Below are positions 11,438-19,447 of a stretch of DNA of 64,000 nt, piece by piece. The translations under genes and the position numbers were made by a program. A model generated the notes under the pieces. It saw only the letters and a list, made by a program, of their open reading frames with translations, was not told the origin of the DNA and made no database searches. How positions within the stretch are numbered: the first letter of the stretch is position 1; each line of letters starts with the position of its first letter. The stretch comes from Caldisericaceae bacterium (GTDB lineage Bacteria; Caldisericota; Caldisericia; Caldisericales; Caldisericaceae): positions 64,001 through 128,000 of the forward strand of contig JBMFRX010000001.1 in NCBI GenBank assembly GCA_049967855.1, in the 5' to 3' direction.

Positions 11438-13438
11438 ATGGAAAGTTTTACTGTAGTTTTTTTGCTTGGTTTAGCAGCCTTGATTGCCGCAGTAATTATT
11501 GCAACATCTGTCCTTAGGAGAGATTCTGGCAACGAAAAAATGGTCAAAATTTCCAAAGCAATTCAACAAGGAGCTCTTGCCTTTCTACTTGAAGAATACA
11601 AAACAATGGCTATATGGGCTATCGTTTTTGGAATTGTTATCGGGATAATCATTTCACCTGTGGTTTCTGTGAGCTTTCTATTCGGTGCAACTCTTTCAAT
11701 ACTTGCTGGATTTTTTGGAATGACTATCGCAACAAGAGCAAACGGCAAGACCACCCAGGCCGCAAGAACTAGCACTGCTCAAGCTTTAAATATAGCTTTT
11801 TCAGGAGGCTCCGTAATGGGGCTCACCGTGGTAGGTTTGGGAGTCATCGGCTCTGTTATAGTGTACCTCATTTCTTCTAAGTTTTTTGCTCAAACAGTAG
11901 GTCCGATGGTTGTGGTAACTGGTTACTCAATTGGAGCAAGTTTTGTTGCTCTGTTTGCGCGTGTGGGCGGAGGTATATATACAAAAGCCGCTGATGTTGG
12001 AGCCGACCTCGTAGGTAAGGTTGAGGCAGGTATCCCAGAAGATGACCCTCGAAACCCTGCCGTAATTGCAGATAATGTTGGAGACAACGTGGGAGATATA
12101 GCAGGTATGGGTGCTGATTTGTACGAGTCCTATGTTGGTTCGATAGTTGCAGGTCTCATACTTGGCAGCGTTACTTTTGGTATGCAGGGCATTAGATTTG
12201 TTTACCTTATCGCAGCTTACGGGATTCTTGCTTCAATAATTGGCGTGTTATTCACTTTTGCTTCTTCTCGTTTTAAATTGAGTCCTCAGAGTGCTCTGAA
12301 CTCAGGGACTATTGTGGCTAACATATTTGCAATAGTTTTCTCTTTCTTTATTTCAAAATCAGTGATGGGCAACTTAAGAGGTTTTGTTGCAATCATAGCT
12401 GGACTTCTGGTTGGACTTGCGATTGGTTTCATTACCCAGTATTATACAAGCGCAAAACCAATACGTGTCATCGCAGAGTCTTCTGCTGAAGGCGGTGCTG
12501 CCACAACTATCCTATCTGGAATGGCAGTTGGCATGGAAAGCACATTTTTGCCAGTGGTTTTTGTGGGCGTAGGCATTGTCGTTGCCTATATTGCTTCAGG
12601 CCTTTTTGGTATAGCGCTCGCTGGACTTGGGATGCTCACAACGCTTGGTATTAGTTTGAGTGTGGATGCTTACGGGCCAATTGCTGATAATGCAGGCGGT
12701 ATAGCTGAAATGGCAGGTTTACCAGAAGAAGTTAGAATGCGTACTGATACTCTGGATTCTCTTGGCAATACAACAGCTGCTATGGGTAAAGGTTTTGCCA
12801 TTGGGTCGGCTGCTTTAACTGCTCTTGCACTTTTCTCATCTTATTTAAGTTCAGTAAATCTATCATCGCTGAATATGCTCAATGCTTATACGTTAGCAGG
12901 AGCAATTATCGGGGCGTCATTGCCATTCTTATTCTCTGCTTTTGCTATAAGCGCCGTCAGTGTTACTGCTGGTTTTATGGTGGAAGAAGTGAGGCGGCAG
13001 TTCAGAGAGATAGTAGGTCTTATGGAGGGCAAAGCAGACCCAGACTACAAGAAATGCATTGCAATCAGCACGAAAGGAGCTCTCAAAAATATGTTAAAAC
13101 CAGCCTTAGTGGCTGTATTTGCACCGTTTATAACGATTTTGGTTTTCGGTAAATTCGGGAAAGAAGCTCTTGGAGGAATGCTTGTCGGGTCTCTTATTAG
13201 CGGAGTTATCCTGGCGATTTATATGGCTAATGCAGGAGCAAGCTGGGATAATTCTAAGAAATACATTGAACAAGGAAATTTCGGAGGAAAAGGTTCAGAA
13301 GCTCACAGGGCAAGTATCGTTGGCGACACTGTTGGCGATCCACTCAAAGATACTGCTGGTCCATCAATTAACATATTGATAAAGCTTATGGCAACAATTT
13401 CTCTTTTGTTTGGACCTTTTCTTTCAAGGTTGTTTTAA
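11438..13438 (+). CDS. hppA: Membrane-bound pyrophosphatase, K+-dependent, probably Na+-pumping
   Basis: DVGADLVGKVE, DNVGDNVGD, GNTTAA (Ala = K+-dependent), DLYESYVGS with the Na+-PPase-type Glu position. Confidence 0.93.
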   Translation: MESFTVVFLLGLAALIAAVIIATSVLRRDSGNEKMVKISKAIQQGALAFLLEEYKTMAIWAIVFGIVIGIIISPVVSVSFLFGATLSILAGFFGMTIATRANGKTTQAARTSTAQALNIAFSGGSVMGLTVVGLGVIGSVIVYLISSKFFAQTVGPMVVVTGYSIGASFVALFARVGGGIYTKAADVGADLVGKVEAGIPEDDPRNPAVIADNVGDNVGDIAGMGADLYESYVGSIVAGLILGSVTFGMQGIRFVYLIAAYGILASIIGVLFTFASSRFKLSPQSALNSGTIVANIFAIVFSFFISKSVMGNLRGFVAIIAGLLVGLAIGFITQYYTSAKPIRVIAESSAEGGAATTILSGMAVGMESTFLPVVFVGVGIVVAYIASGLFGIALAGLGMLTTLGISLSVDAYGPIADNAGGIAEMAGLPEEVRMRTDTLDSLGNTTAAMGKGFAIGSAALTALALFSSYLSSVNLSSLNMLNAYTLAGAIIGASLPFLFSAFAISAVSVTAGFMVEEVRRQFREIVGLMEGKADPDYKKCIAISTKGALKNMLKPALVAVFAPFITILVFGKFGKEALGGMLVGSLISGVILAIYMANAGASWDNSKKYIEQGNFGGKGSEAHRASIVGDTVGDPLKDTAGPSINILIKLMATISLLFGPFLSRLF

Positions 13439-13453
13439 TTTGGAGGCTTTAAT

Positions 13454-14398
13454 GTGAAAGTAAAGAAATTTGTAAAACAGGCCTTAATTTGGCTTTTAGT
13501 AATTGTTGTTGCAGTTGTTGGTTATTTTGTAATTACTGTTTCTAAGAATTTAAGTATGATAAATTCTAATTCTAAAGAAGTAGTCCCTCTCGAGTTGACA
13601 AAGAACGTTAACATATTGCTTCTTGGGACAGACCAACGAACTCCTAATGAAGGAGCCAGGACTGATACTATAATCCTTGTCAATATAAATCCTAAGACTA
13701 AAAAGATAAACCTGATGTCTATTCCGCGCGATTCAAGGGTTGATATTCCAGGGCATGGTTATGATAAGATTAACTCTGCCTACAACTCTGACTATTTTAG
13801 TGACGGTGGGGTAAACCTCAGTGTAAAGACGGTTGAAAGTATTCTTGGACTTCCCGATGGTTCAATACCGTTTTATGCAGTGGTCAACTTTCAGGGGTTT
13901 GAAAAGGTCATTGACGCACTTGGCGGAGTAACGATCGATGTTAAAGAACCAATGCATTACCATTCATCGACTGGGGATGTTAAAATTGATTTAAGCCCAG
14001 GAGTGCAGCATCTAGATGGACAAAAGGCGTTGGAATATGCCCGTTTCAGATACGATGTTTACGGAGATTTTGCGGTTGATAGCAACGGCAACGTATTGGG
14101 AAGAGTTCAGAGGCAAGAAGACCTTATAAAAGCACTTGTTGACCAGACCAAAGATGTAAGAACAATCTGGAAGTTTCCTGCTGTTTCACAAGCAATAGGA
14201 GAAGCAGCCAAAACAAATTTAACGCCAGGACAAATAACGAAGCTAGCGCTATTGCTCAAAGACGCAACTGATAAAGACATTAACATCGTGAATTTTCCAG
14301 GGAAGCCTGATTACGTTGAAGGTATCTCTTACGTTGTCCCAGATTTTGATAAGCTTAAAGAAATTGGAACAAAGTATTTTGGTTTGTCTATAGATTAA
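13454..14398 (+). CDS. LytR/CpsA/Psr (LCP) family protein
   Basis: N-terminal TM, ILLLGTD, RTDTI, SIPRD, ALEYARFR, GRVQRQ. Confidence 0.92.
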   Translation: MKVKKFVKQALIWLLVIVVAVVGYFVITVSKNLSMINSNSKEVVPLELTKNVNILLLGTDQRTPNEGARTDTIILVNINPKTKKINLMSIPRDSRVDIPGHGYDKINSAYNSDYFSDGGVNLSVKTVESILGLPDGSIPFYAVVNFQGFEKVIDALGGVTIDVKEPMHYHSSTGDVKIDLSPGVQHLDGQKALEYARFRYDVYGDFAVDSNGNVLGRVQRQEDLIKALVDQTKDVRTIWKFPAVSQAIGEAAKTNLTPGQITKLALLLKDATDKDINIVNFPGKPDYVEGISYVVPDFDKLKEIGTKYFGLSID

Positions 14399-14609
14399 CC
14401 ACTGCAAATAACGGGTTTATTAGCGGATTTGTCTAAGAAGTGCTTGTGTATTGTGCATACTACACAACGGTAGCTATCGAGTTAGCGTTCTGTTGGGTTT
14501 AGATGTAATGCTCTGTGAAATTCAACGCGTCCTTTAAACTTTGTTATATTTGAATTTCTCAACATTTTAGTGCAAGGAGCAAATTGGTAAACCATACCTC
14601 TTCCCCCCC

Positions 14610-15299
14610 TCACACGTTTTTTATTATAGTTTTCACTCTCAAAAGCCTCACGTCCATATCGGGAGTGAGGTAAATCTTTTCGTATTTGTCGTTTGCAGGT
14701 TCAAGGAAGACTTTGTCGCCAACTTTTCTGTAACGCTTGAAAGTGGCTCTGTTTTCGATTAACGCAATGACGAGGTTTCCGCTTTCAATGCAGGACTCTG
14801 GGTCAACAATGAGTTTGTCCCCGTCTTCAATTCCCCTGTCCTTCATCGAATCTCCCTTCACGATTACCGCAAATGAGGAATCCTTTGTTTGCTTTTCTGG
14901 AACAAGAACTTCGCCAAGCGGTTCGGTGAGGTCTACAAGCTCGAGAGGCTCTCCTGCGCGGACATACCCAAGGATAGGCACTTCAACGAGAGACACCCTC
15001 TTCATCCTGTAAATTGTTTTGAGTATTATGTTCTTCTCCTCGGTGGTTAACTTGGGGAGAAATTTCCTTATTGCCGATTCCTCATCTTCCGTTACAATAA
15101 ATTCCTCTTCATCGCCAACCAGTTCTGAGATTGGAACTCCGAAACTCTCGCTCACCTTCCTCAAGAACCTGAGCCCGACGTTCTTCCCACTCTCAATCTC
15201 CGAAATGAACTGGTCTGTTACGCCCATCCTCTTGCCGAATTCCTTCTGCGTGAGCCCCAGGTATTTCCTCAGCTTCACGAGTTTCTCGTTCGTTGTCAT
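14610..15299 (-). CDS. CI/LexA-like autocleaving repressor (XRE HTH + S24 peptidase)
   Basis: LRKYLGLTQKEFG HTH; VPILGYVRAG (Ala-Gly cleavage site), VKGDSM (Ser), ATFKR (Lys); AGGAGG RBS before ATG at 15299. Confidence 0.92.
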   Translation of the reverse strand: MTTNEKLVKLRKYLGLTQKEFGKRMGVTDQFISEIESGKNVGLRFLRKVSESFGVPISELVGDEEEFIVTEDEESAIRKFLPKLTTEEKNIILKTIYRMKRVSLVEVPILGYVRAGEPLELVDLTEPLGEVLVPEKQTKDSSFAVIVKGDSMKDRGIEDGDKLIVDPESCIESGNLVIALIENRATFKRYRKVGDKVFLEPANDKYEKIYLTPDMDVRLLRVKTIIKNV

Positions 15300-15321
15300 C
15301 TGTCTCCTCCTATCCATTTTT

Positions 15322-15443
15322 GAAACATTTGTTCTTCCAGAAACAAGTATAAGAAGAAAATTTTTTAAGTCAAGCTTTTCGGCCTTGAATATTTTTCCTT
15401 TCCTTAATCGCCCACTTGACTGCGAACAAAAGTTTGCTATACT
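15322..15443. promoter_or_regulatory. Divergent promoters with GAAC-N4-GTTY operators
   Basis: Leftward TTGACT-N16-TATACT (15373-15346) followed by GAAC-AAAT-GTTTC (15334-15322); rightward TTGACT-N16-TATACT (15416-15443) enclosing CGAAC-AAAA-GTTTG. Confidence 0.8.
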
Positions 15444-15473
15444 TGGTTAACTTATAAATTAATGGAGGCTAAA

Positions 15474-15653
15474 ATGGAAGATGAAACCGAAAATGAAACT
15501 TACATTGTTGTTGGAAAGAGGAGACTCAGGTTAGTGGAGTTTAGCGGTGACAAACCAATTGATGAGCTTTTGCCAGCATTGGTAAAGCTAATATTTGACA
15601 GCCAAAAAAAGGAGGATTCAAATGAATCAAGAAGAAATGACAGTAAGCTTTAA
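15474..15653 (+). CDS. Small hypothetical protein in the Cro position
   Basis: GGAGG RBS before ATG 15474; no obvious HTH. Confidence 0.6.
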   Translation: MEDETENETYIVVGKRRLRLVEFSGDKPIDELLPALVKLIFDSQKKEDSNESRRNDSKL

Positions 15654-15756
15654 AGACGACTCGGGAAGTATCGTGACAATCACAAGAGACAATGTTGTGA
15701 ATGTAATCGCCCCTGACGAATCACTTCAAAAGGTAATTGACTATCTAAAGCAATGA
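15622..15756 (+). CDS. 44-aa hypothetical protein (not in ORF track)
   Basis: AGGAGG RBS; MNQEEMTVSFKDDSGSIVTITRDNVVNVIAPDESLQKVIDYLKQ*; ATGA overlap with initiator gene. Confidence 0.6.
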   Translation: MNQEEMTVSFKDDSGSIVTITRDNVVNVIAPDESLQKVIDYLKQ

Positions 15757-16562
15757 TACCCGAAGAGAGCGTTGGATTCACCCAGATACCAAACGAACTG
15801 CTCGAGCAACTCGCGAAAGCACAGATGCAGGGGCTGATAACTGCAAAAGAAAGAGCAGTAATTGATTTCATAATGAGAAACACTTTTGGATATCATAGGG
15901 AAGTTGCAACCTTGAAAACTTCAGTAATTGCAAAAGAGCTTGGAGCATCTCCGAACTACATAACACACCTTTTAAAAAGGCTCGTGGAAAAGGATGTGAT
16001 TGTGAAGAGCGGAGACAGCATTGCATTTAATAAAGACTGCGGCTCCTGGAAAGAAAAGAAGCTTCCTCATAGAGCTCAAAAAAGTGACAGCCATATCACC
16101 AATGTGACAGCCCTGTCACGTGACAGCAGTGTCACTAAAAATGTGACAGCCATATCACATAATAGTGACAGCAGTGTCACTATTGAACCTGTTAAAGAGC
16201 AGTTAAAAACAATTCCGATTGACCCCCTAAATAAAACTTTAAATAAATATATAAATAAAGAGAAAGAAAATATAAAAGAAAGAAAAATTGATTTCAACAT
16301 TAAAACTTTCAAATTCGAAAATATACCAAAAGAGAAAATAGACAATTGGACGGCAGCCTTTCCTAATTGCAATGTGGATCTTGAATTAAAGAAAATGGAA
16401 GCGTGGCTCGCCGCAAATCCAGAGAAGCGCAAAAAGAACTACGAGAAGTTTATAGTTAATTGGCTCGGAAGAGCAAAAGGAGATACGAGAGATGGAAAAT
16501 ACATTCAAATCAGTGGAGAAAGAAAGTTTACAGGATTCACAGCAAAAGCTGGAGAATGGTAA
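15753..16562 (+). CDS. Phage replication initiator (lambda O-like)
   Basis: GFTQIPNELLEQL N-terminus, wHTH, central repeat tract, C-terminal ELKKMEAWLAANP...FIVNWL. Confidence 0.85.
   Translation: MIPEESVGFTQIPNELLEQLAKAQMQGLITAKERAVIDFIMRNTFGYHREVATLKTSVIAKELGASPNYITHLLKRLVEKDVIVKSGDSIAFNKDCGSWKEKKLPHRAQKSDSHITNVTALSRDSSVTKNVTAISHNSDSSVTIEPVKEQLKTIPIDPLNKTLNKYINKEKENIKERKIDFNIKTFKFENIPKEKIDNWTAAFPNCNVDLELKKMEAWLAANPEKRKKNYEKFIVNWLGRAKGDTRDGKYIQISGERKFTGFTAKAGEW
16084..16180 (+). repeat. Five 16-bp semi-palindromic iterons (putative origin)
   Basis: GTGACAGCnnTRTCAC at 16084, 16104, 16120, 16143 and 16165, followed by an AT-rich tract at ~16227-16320. Confidence 0.88.
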
Positions 16563-16950
16563 CAGCGAGGAGTTCAAGGCATTCGTAAAGAATAACATAG
16601 GCGCTCACTACATTGCGGAATTCAACGAAGAGATGATACGCAAGCGCAAAGAGCTCGATATGAAAGTAAATGAAATGCTTGAAAAAGGCAGAGGCATCAT
16701 CATCCTGGGGAATGTTGGAATAAGTCACCGTCCTGTGAACAACAAATTGTGTTTCGTAACGAAATCAGATGACCCGCACGAGGCAGAATACATTGCAAAG
16801 GTTCTCATAAATCCTATGGAAAAGAAGTATGGTTTCAGAGGATTAAATGACGCGTATGAAAGGAAACTCAGCGCCTCTTGCAAGAAGTTGCTCAAGGGAA
16901 AATTTGCCGACTGCTACAAAAAAGAAGTTAACGTTAAAGGTGGAAGATGA
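16492..16950 (+). pseudogene. DnaC/IstB-like helicase loader truncated inside Walker A and fused to unrelated sequence
   Basis: Follows initiator; GRGIIILGNVG is followed by ISHR instead of xGK[TS]; no Walker B. Confidence 0.6.
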
Positions 16951-17192
16951 CGCTCGAGGAACTATACGATAAAGAAAAGACACGCATAGAGAAACTATCA
17001 CATCATTATGCAAGGATTTTCGGTTTAGACTATGAAGAGCTCTTTGACGAAGGAATGCTTGCCGTTGCAGAAACCTATGCAAGGTATGCCTTGAGGACAA
17101 ACGATGTTGAGCTTCTCAGGGTGTCCAATAAGGTAGTGAACAGGAGAATGTACAAATATGCTCGAAAGGAAATTGACACAAGGCGAGATTAA
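16947..17192 (+). CDS. Sigma-70 region-2-like small protein
   Basis: LYDKEK..IEKLSHHY..DYEELFDEGMLAVAE..Y...VVNRRMYKYARKE. Confidence 0.55.
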   Translation: MTLEELYDKEKTRIEKLSHHYARIFGLDYEELFDEGMLAVAETYARYALRTNDVELLRVSNKVVNRRMYKYARKEIDTRRD

Positions 17193-17382
17193 AGTGCTTG
17201 TTGACAAAGCGATGCTTGAGCTTCCAAAAGATGACTTTGAATTAATCTACGAGCTCTTCTTCGAGCACCGCTCTGTCCACAAGTTAGCTGACAAACTTTC
17301 AATAAGCCATTCTGCTTTGAGATACAGGAGGGATAAGGCGCTTGCCCTCCTCAAACAGAAGATTGAAGAAGTGGAAGAATGA
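17158..17382 (+). CDS. Sigma-70 region-4-like HTH protein
   Basis: KAMLELP..FELIYELFFE.RSVHKLADKLSISHSALRYRRDKALALLK; AGGAG at 17142-17146. Confidence 0.7.
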   Translation: MLERKLTQGEIKVLVDKAMLELPKDDFELIYELFFEHRSVHKLADKLSISHSALRYRRDKALALLKQKIEEVEE

Positions 17383-17459
17383 TAAAGAGAAAATCATTTG
17401 GAAATTTCAGGCAAGAGGATCTCTGTTTTTTTGAAATCGCTGAACAATTGAAAAAACTC

Positions 17460-17487
17460 TTGACACGAACTAAAGTTCGTTTATAAT
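17460..17487 (+). promoter_or_regulatory. Consensus promoter with perfect SOS(Cheo)-like palindrome in the spacer
   Basis: TTGACA-CGAACTAAAGTTCG-TT-TATAAT. Confidence 0.85.
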
Positions 17488-17493
17488 ACGAGT

Positions 17494-17802
17494 ATGAAAA
17501 ACATTGAAAGTGAGAAGCTGAATGAAGCGATTAAGAACCTGAAACTTGACTTAACAGGGTCGTATTACATTGGGAAGAAGAAGGTCTCAGAATATGCTAT
17601 TACAACCAAAATCAACGGCGTTAGGCTTAATCTAACTACAACGATTGGATATCCAACTAGTGATGAAGATGTAACCCCAGAGGAGCTTCAGGAGCTTATT
17701 GATGCATATGAGCAAATGGCGAAAGAAGATTTAACTGCTAACCCAGAGAAACTGGCACAGTTGATTGAGCTAAGTGTTGCCGCGGATGCGAAACCCAATT
17801 AG
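17494..17802 (+). CDS. Hypothetical acidic protein, probably leaderless
   Basis: ATG 6 nt after TATAAT, no SD; 102 aa. Confidence 0.65.
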   Translation: MKNIESEKLNEAIKNLKLDLTGSYYIGKKKVSEYAITTKINGVRLNLTTTIGYPTSDEDVTPEELQELIDAYEQMAKEDLTANPEKLAQLIELSVAADAKPN

Positions 17803-18015
17803 CTGTTCTTGCGTTCATCTAAGATTCTAGTGGTAGTTAATAACGTGCTCTTGAAAGACCAAGAGGGCGCATGCAGAAGTCTAAAACTAACAGAAATCAC
17901 TTGGAGTTCTTTTTGAAAAGCAAATAATGAAACAAGGTAAAAAAAATAAATTTAATGGCTCGTTATTTAATGGTTCTTTGAGGAAGCATTTTATTTGCGA
18001 AATAATCTAATATGA

Positions 18016-18225
18016 AGAAAAGTTGGATGCGATAAGTGTGAACAATGGACTATCGTAAATTTGGCTGGGAGGAATAATATTGAGCTTTGGATTGGAAAGA
18101 ATAGGGCAAGAGTTAATGGAACTGGAAAGCTTGTTGATTCGGGGAGCTCAAAGGTTGTGTTCGAGATTATTAATGGAAGAACCATGCTTCCTTTAAGGTT
18201 TAAGGTTGACTTTGTATTTCTATAA
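18016..18225 (+). pseudogene. Fragment of a copper amine oxidase N-terminal ('stalk') domain protein
   Basis: NNIELWIGKNRARVNG...SKVVFEIINGRTMLPLRF; in-frame stop at 18013-18015 and no convincing start. Confidence 0.7.
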
Positions 18226-18613
18226 AGTAGTTCATTATACATAATTTATTATTGAGATGATTGTAGAATCAACACTTGAGGATACGCTTAATGTATTGAA
18301 AATACATTCACCAGAACGAAAGCAGGTTTACATGAGCGAATTTTCGATAAGCATGTGTCCTGGGAGTCATGGCGCTACTTTCCACTAAATTCCTCAAAAG
18401 AGGTGCATTTAAATGAGATTGCTGAGAGGTCTTATGAGTAAACGTGTAAGACTAATTTATAAAGACTGTCGAGCAAAATAAGATTACTCTAGGTCAAGAG
18501 GTTTTGCCTTGCTTTAAGATTACCACGAATTCGCCAAAAGAATATCTTTATTTCTCAGTGGAGAAGCTGTCTAATCTACAAATGAAGTTAATGAAAAGCT
18601 TGCTAAGAATATA

Positions 18614-18700
18614 TGGTGCCGGGGACCGGAATTGAACCGGTACGGTATTTCTACCGCGGGATTTTAAGTCCCGTGCGTCTGCCTGTTCCGCCACCCCGGC
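18614..18700 (-). tRNA. tRNA-Leu(TAA)
   Basis: CGGGA-CT-TAA-AA-TCCCG, long variable arm, CCA. Confidence 0.96.
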
Positions 18701-18707
18701 GTAAGAT

Positions 18708-18782
<75 letters not shown>

Positions 18783-18784
18783 TC

Positions 18785-18859
18785 TGGAGCGGAAGACGGG
18801 ATTTGAACCCGCGACGACTGGCTTGGGAAGCCAGTGCTCTACCCCTGAGCTACTCCCGC
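18785..18859 (-). tRNA. tRNA-Gly(CCC)
   Basis: CTGGC-TT-CCC-AA-GCCAG, CCA. Confidence 0.96.
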
Positions 18860-18944
18860 GTACAAGATATTATATTTATATTCTTGATTAAGTCAATGAA
18901 TTTTGGAAGTATATCTGAATTTAAATGGATTGGCAACATTGTAT

Positions 18945-19367
18945 TCATAAGAATAGCTTGCTCGCAAAATGGATTATGAACAATAAAACTAGGAGTGTTG
19001 CCCCTATTATTATGAAAATTACTGAGACTTCCAACCTAACCTCGCTTGTGTTGACTCTTTCATTGATGTTTTTATCTTTTGTATCTTTATCGATTAGGTT
19101 CTTTTGAGTTTGCCTTAAACTGGATTTGCTCAAATTGGAACTGGGGTAATATTTGTAGTAAGTTAAATTGTAAAACGACAGGATAGAAAAAATGCCTGCA
19201 AGAATTAAAGCCACTGCCGCCTCAACGAAAAGGGTGTTGAGATAGTTGATTAAGCTTAATCGGCGCAGCACAGCAAAAACGAGTAGTGTCAAAACGGCAA
19301 CTGAAACGCAGAGTGGAAGAATCTTATAAAAATAGAACCCTGCGTATAATTTTGTTTTTCTCTTCAT
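18945..19367 (-). CDS. Hypothetical 3-TM membrane protein
   Basis: Three hydrophobic segments; TAAAAT 7 nt before ATG. Confidence 0.65.
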   Translation of the reverse strand: MKRKTKLYAGFYFYKILPLCVSVAVLTLLVFAVLRRLSLINYLNTLFVEAAVALILAGIFSILSFYNLTYYKYYPSSNLSKSSLRQTQKNLIDKDTKDKNINERVNTSEVRLEVSVIFIIIGATLLVLLFIIHFASKLFL

Positions 19368-19447
19368 ACTTACAATTTTATCATAAAACTCCTCTTATAG
19401 GAATAGTCATTCTTTCAAAAAACGCTTACTTTTGGTATTATATTAAA

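Larger units (their letters stand above)
14400..18613. mobile_element. Degenerate prophage / phage-satellite remnant (immunity and replication modules only) at the 3' end of tRNA-Leu
   Basis: CI-like repressor divergent from small ORFs, O-like initiator with iterons, DnaC-like fragment, sigma-like genes; no integrase, capsid or att duplication seen; boundaries approximate. Confidence 0.75.

Noticed and set aside
11317..11556. 79-aa minus-strand ORF (and the 90-aa ORF at 18707-18979)
   Set aside because: Both are translations of tRNA antisense strands.
14400..14610. att duplication of the tRNA-Leu 3' end, or an integrase
   Set aside because: No copy of TGGTGCCGGGG... and no integrase ORF were found, so tRNA-targeted integration is unproven.
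14610..15299. Host lexA
   Set aside because: The N-terminus is an XRE-type HTH rather than the LexA winged helix, and the context is phage-like.
16084..16180. Short repeat array as a mini-CRISPR
   Set aside because: Repeats are 16 bp with 0-7 nt gaps, lie inside a replication gene, and no cas genes are present; iterons fit better.
18230..18610. Possible gene or ncRNA next to tRNA-Leu
   Set aside because: Only short stop-interrupted frames and no convincing structure; treated as decayed DNA.
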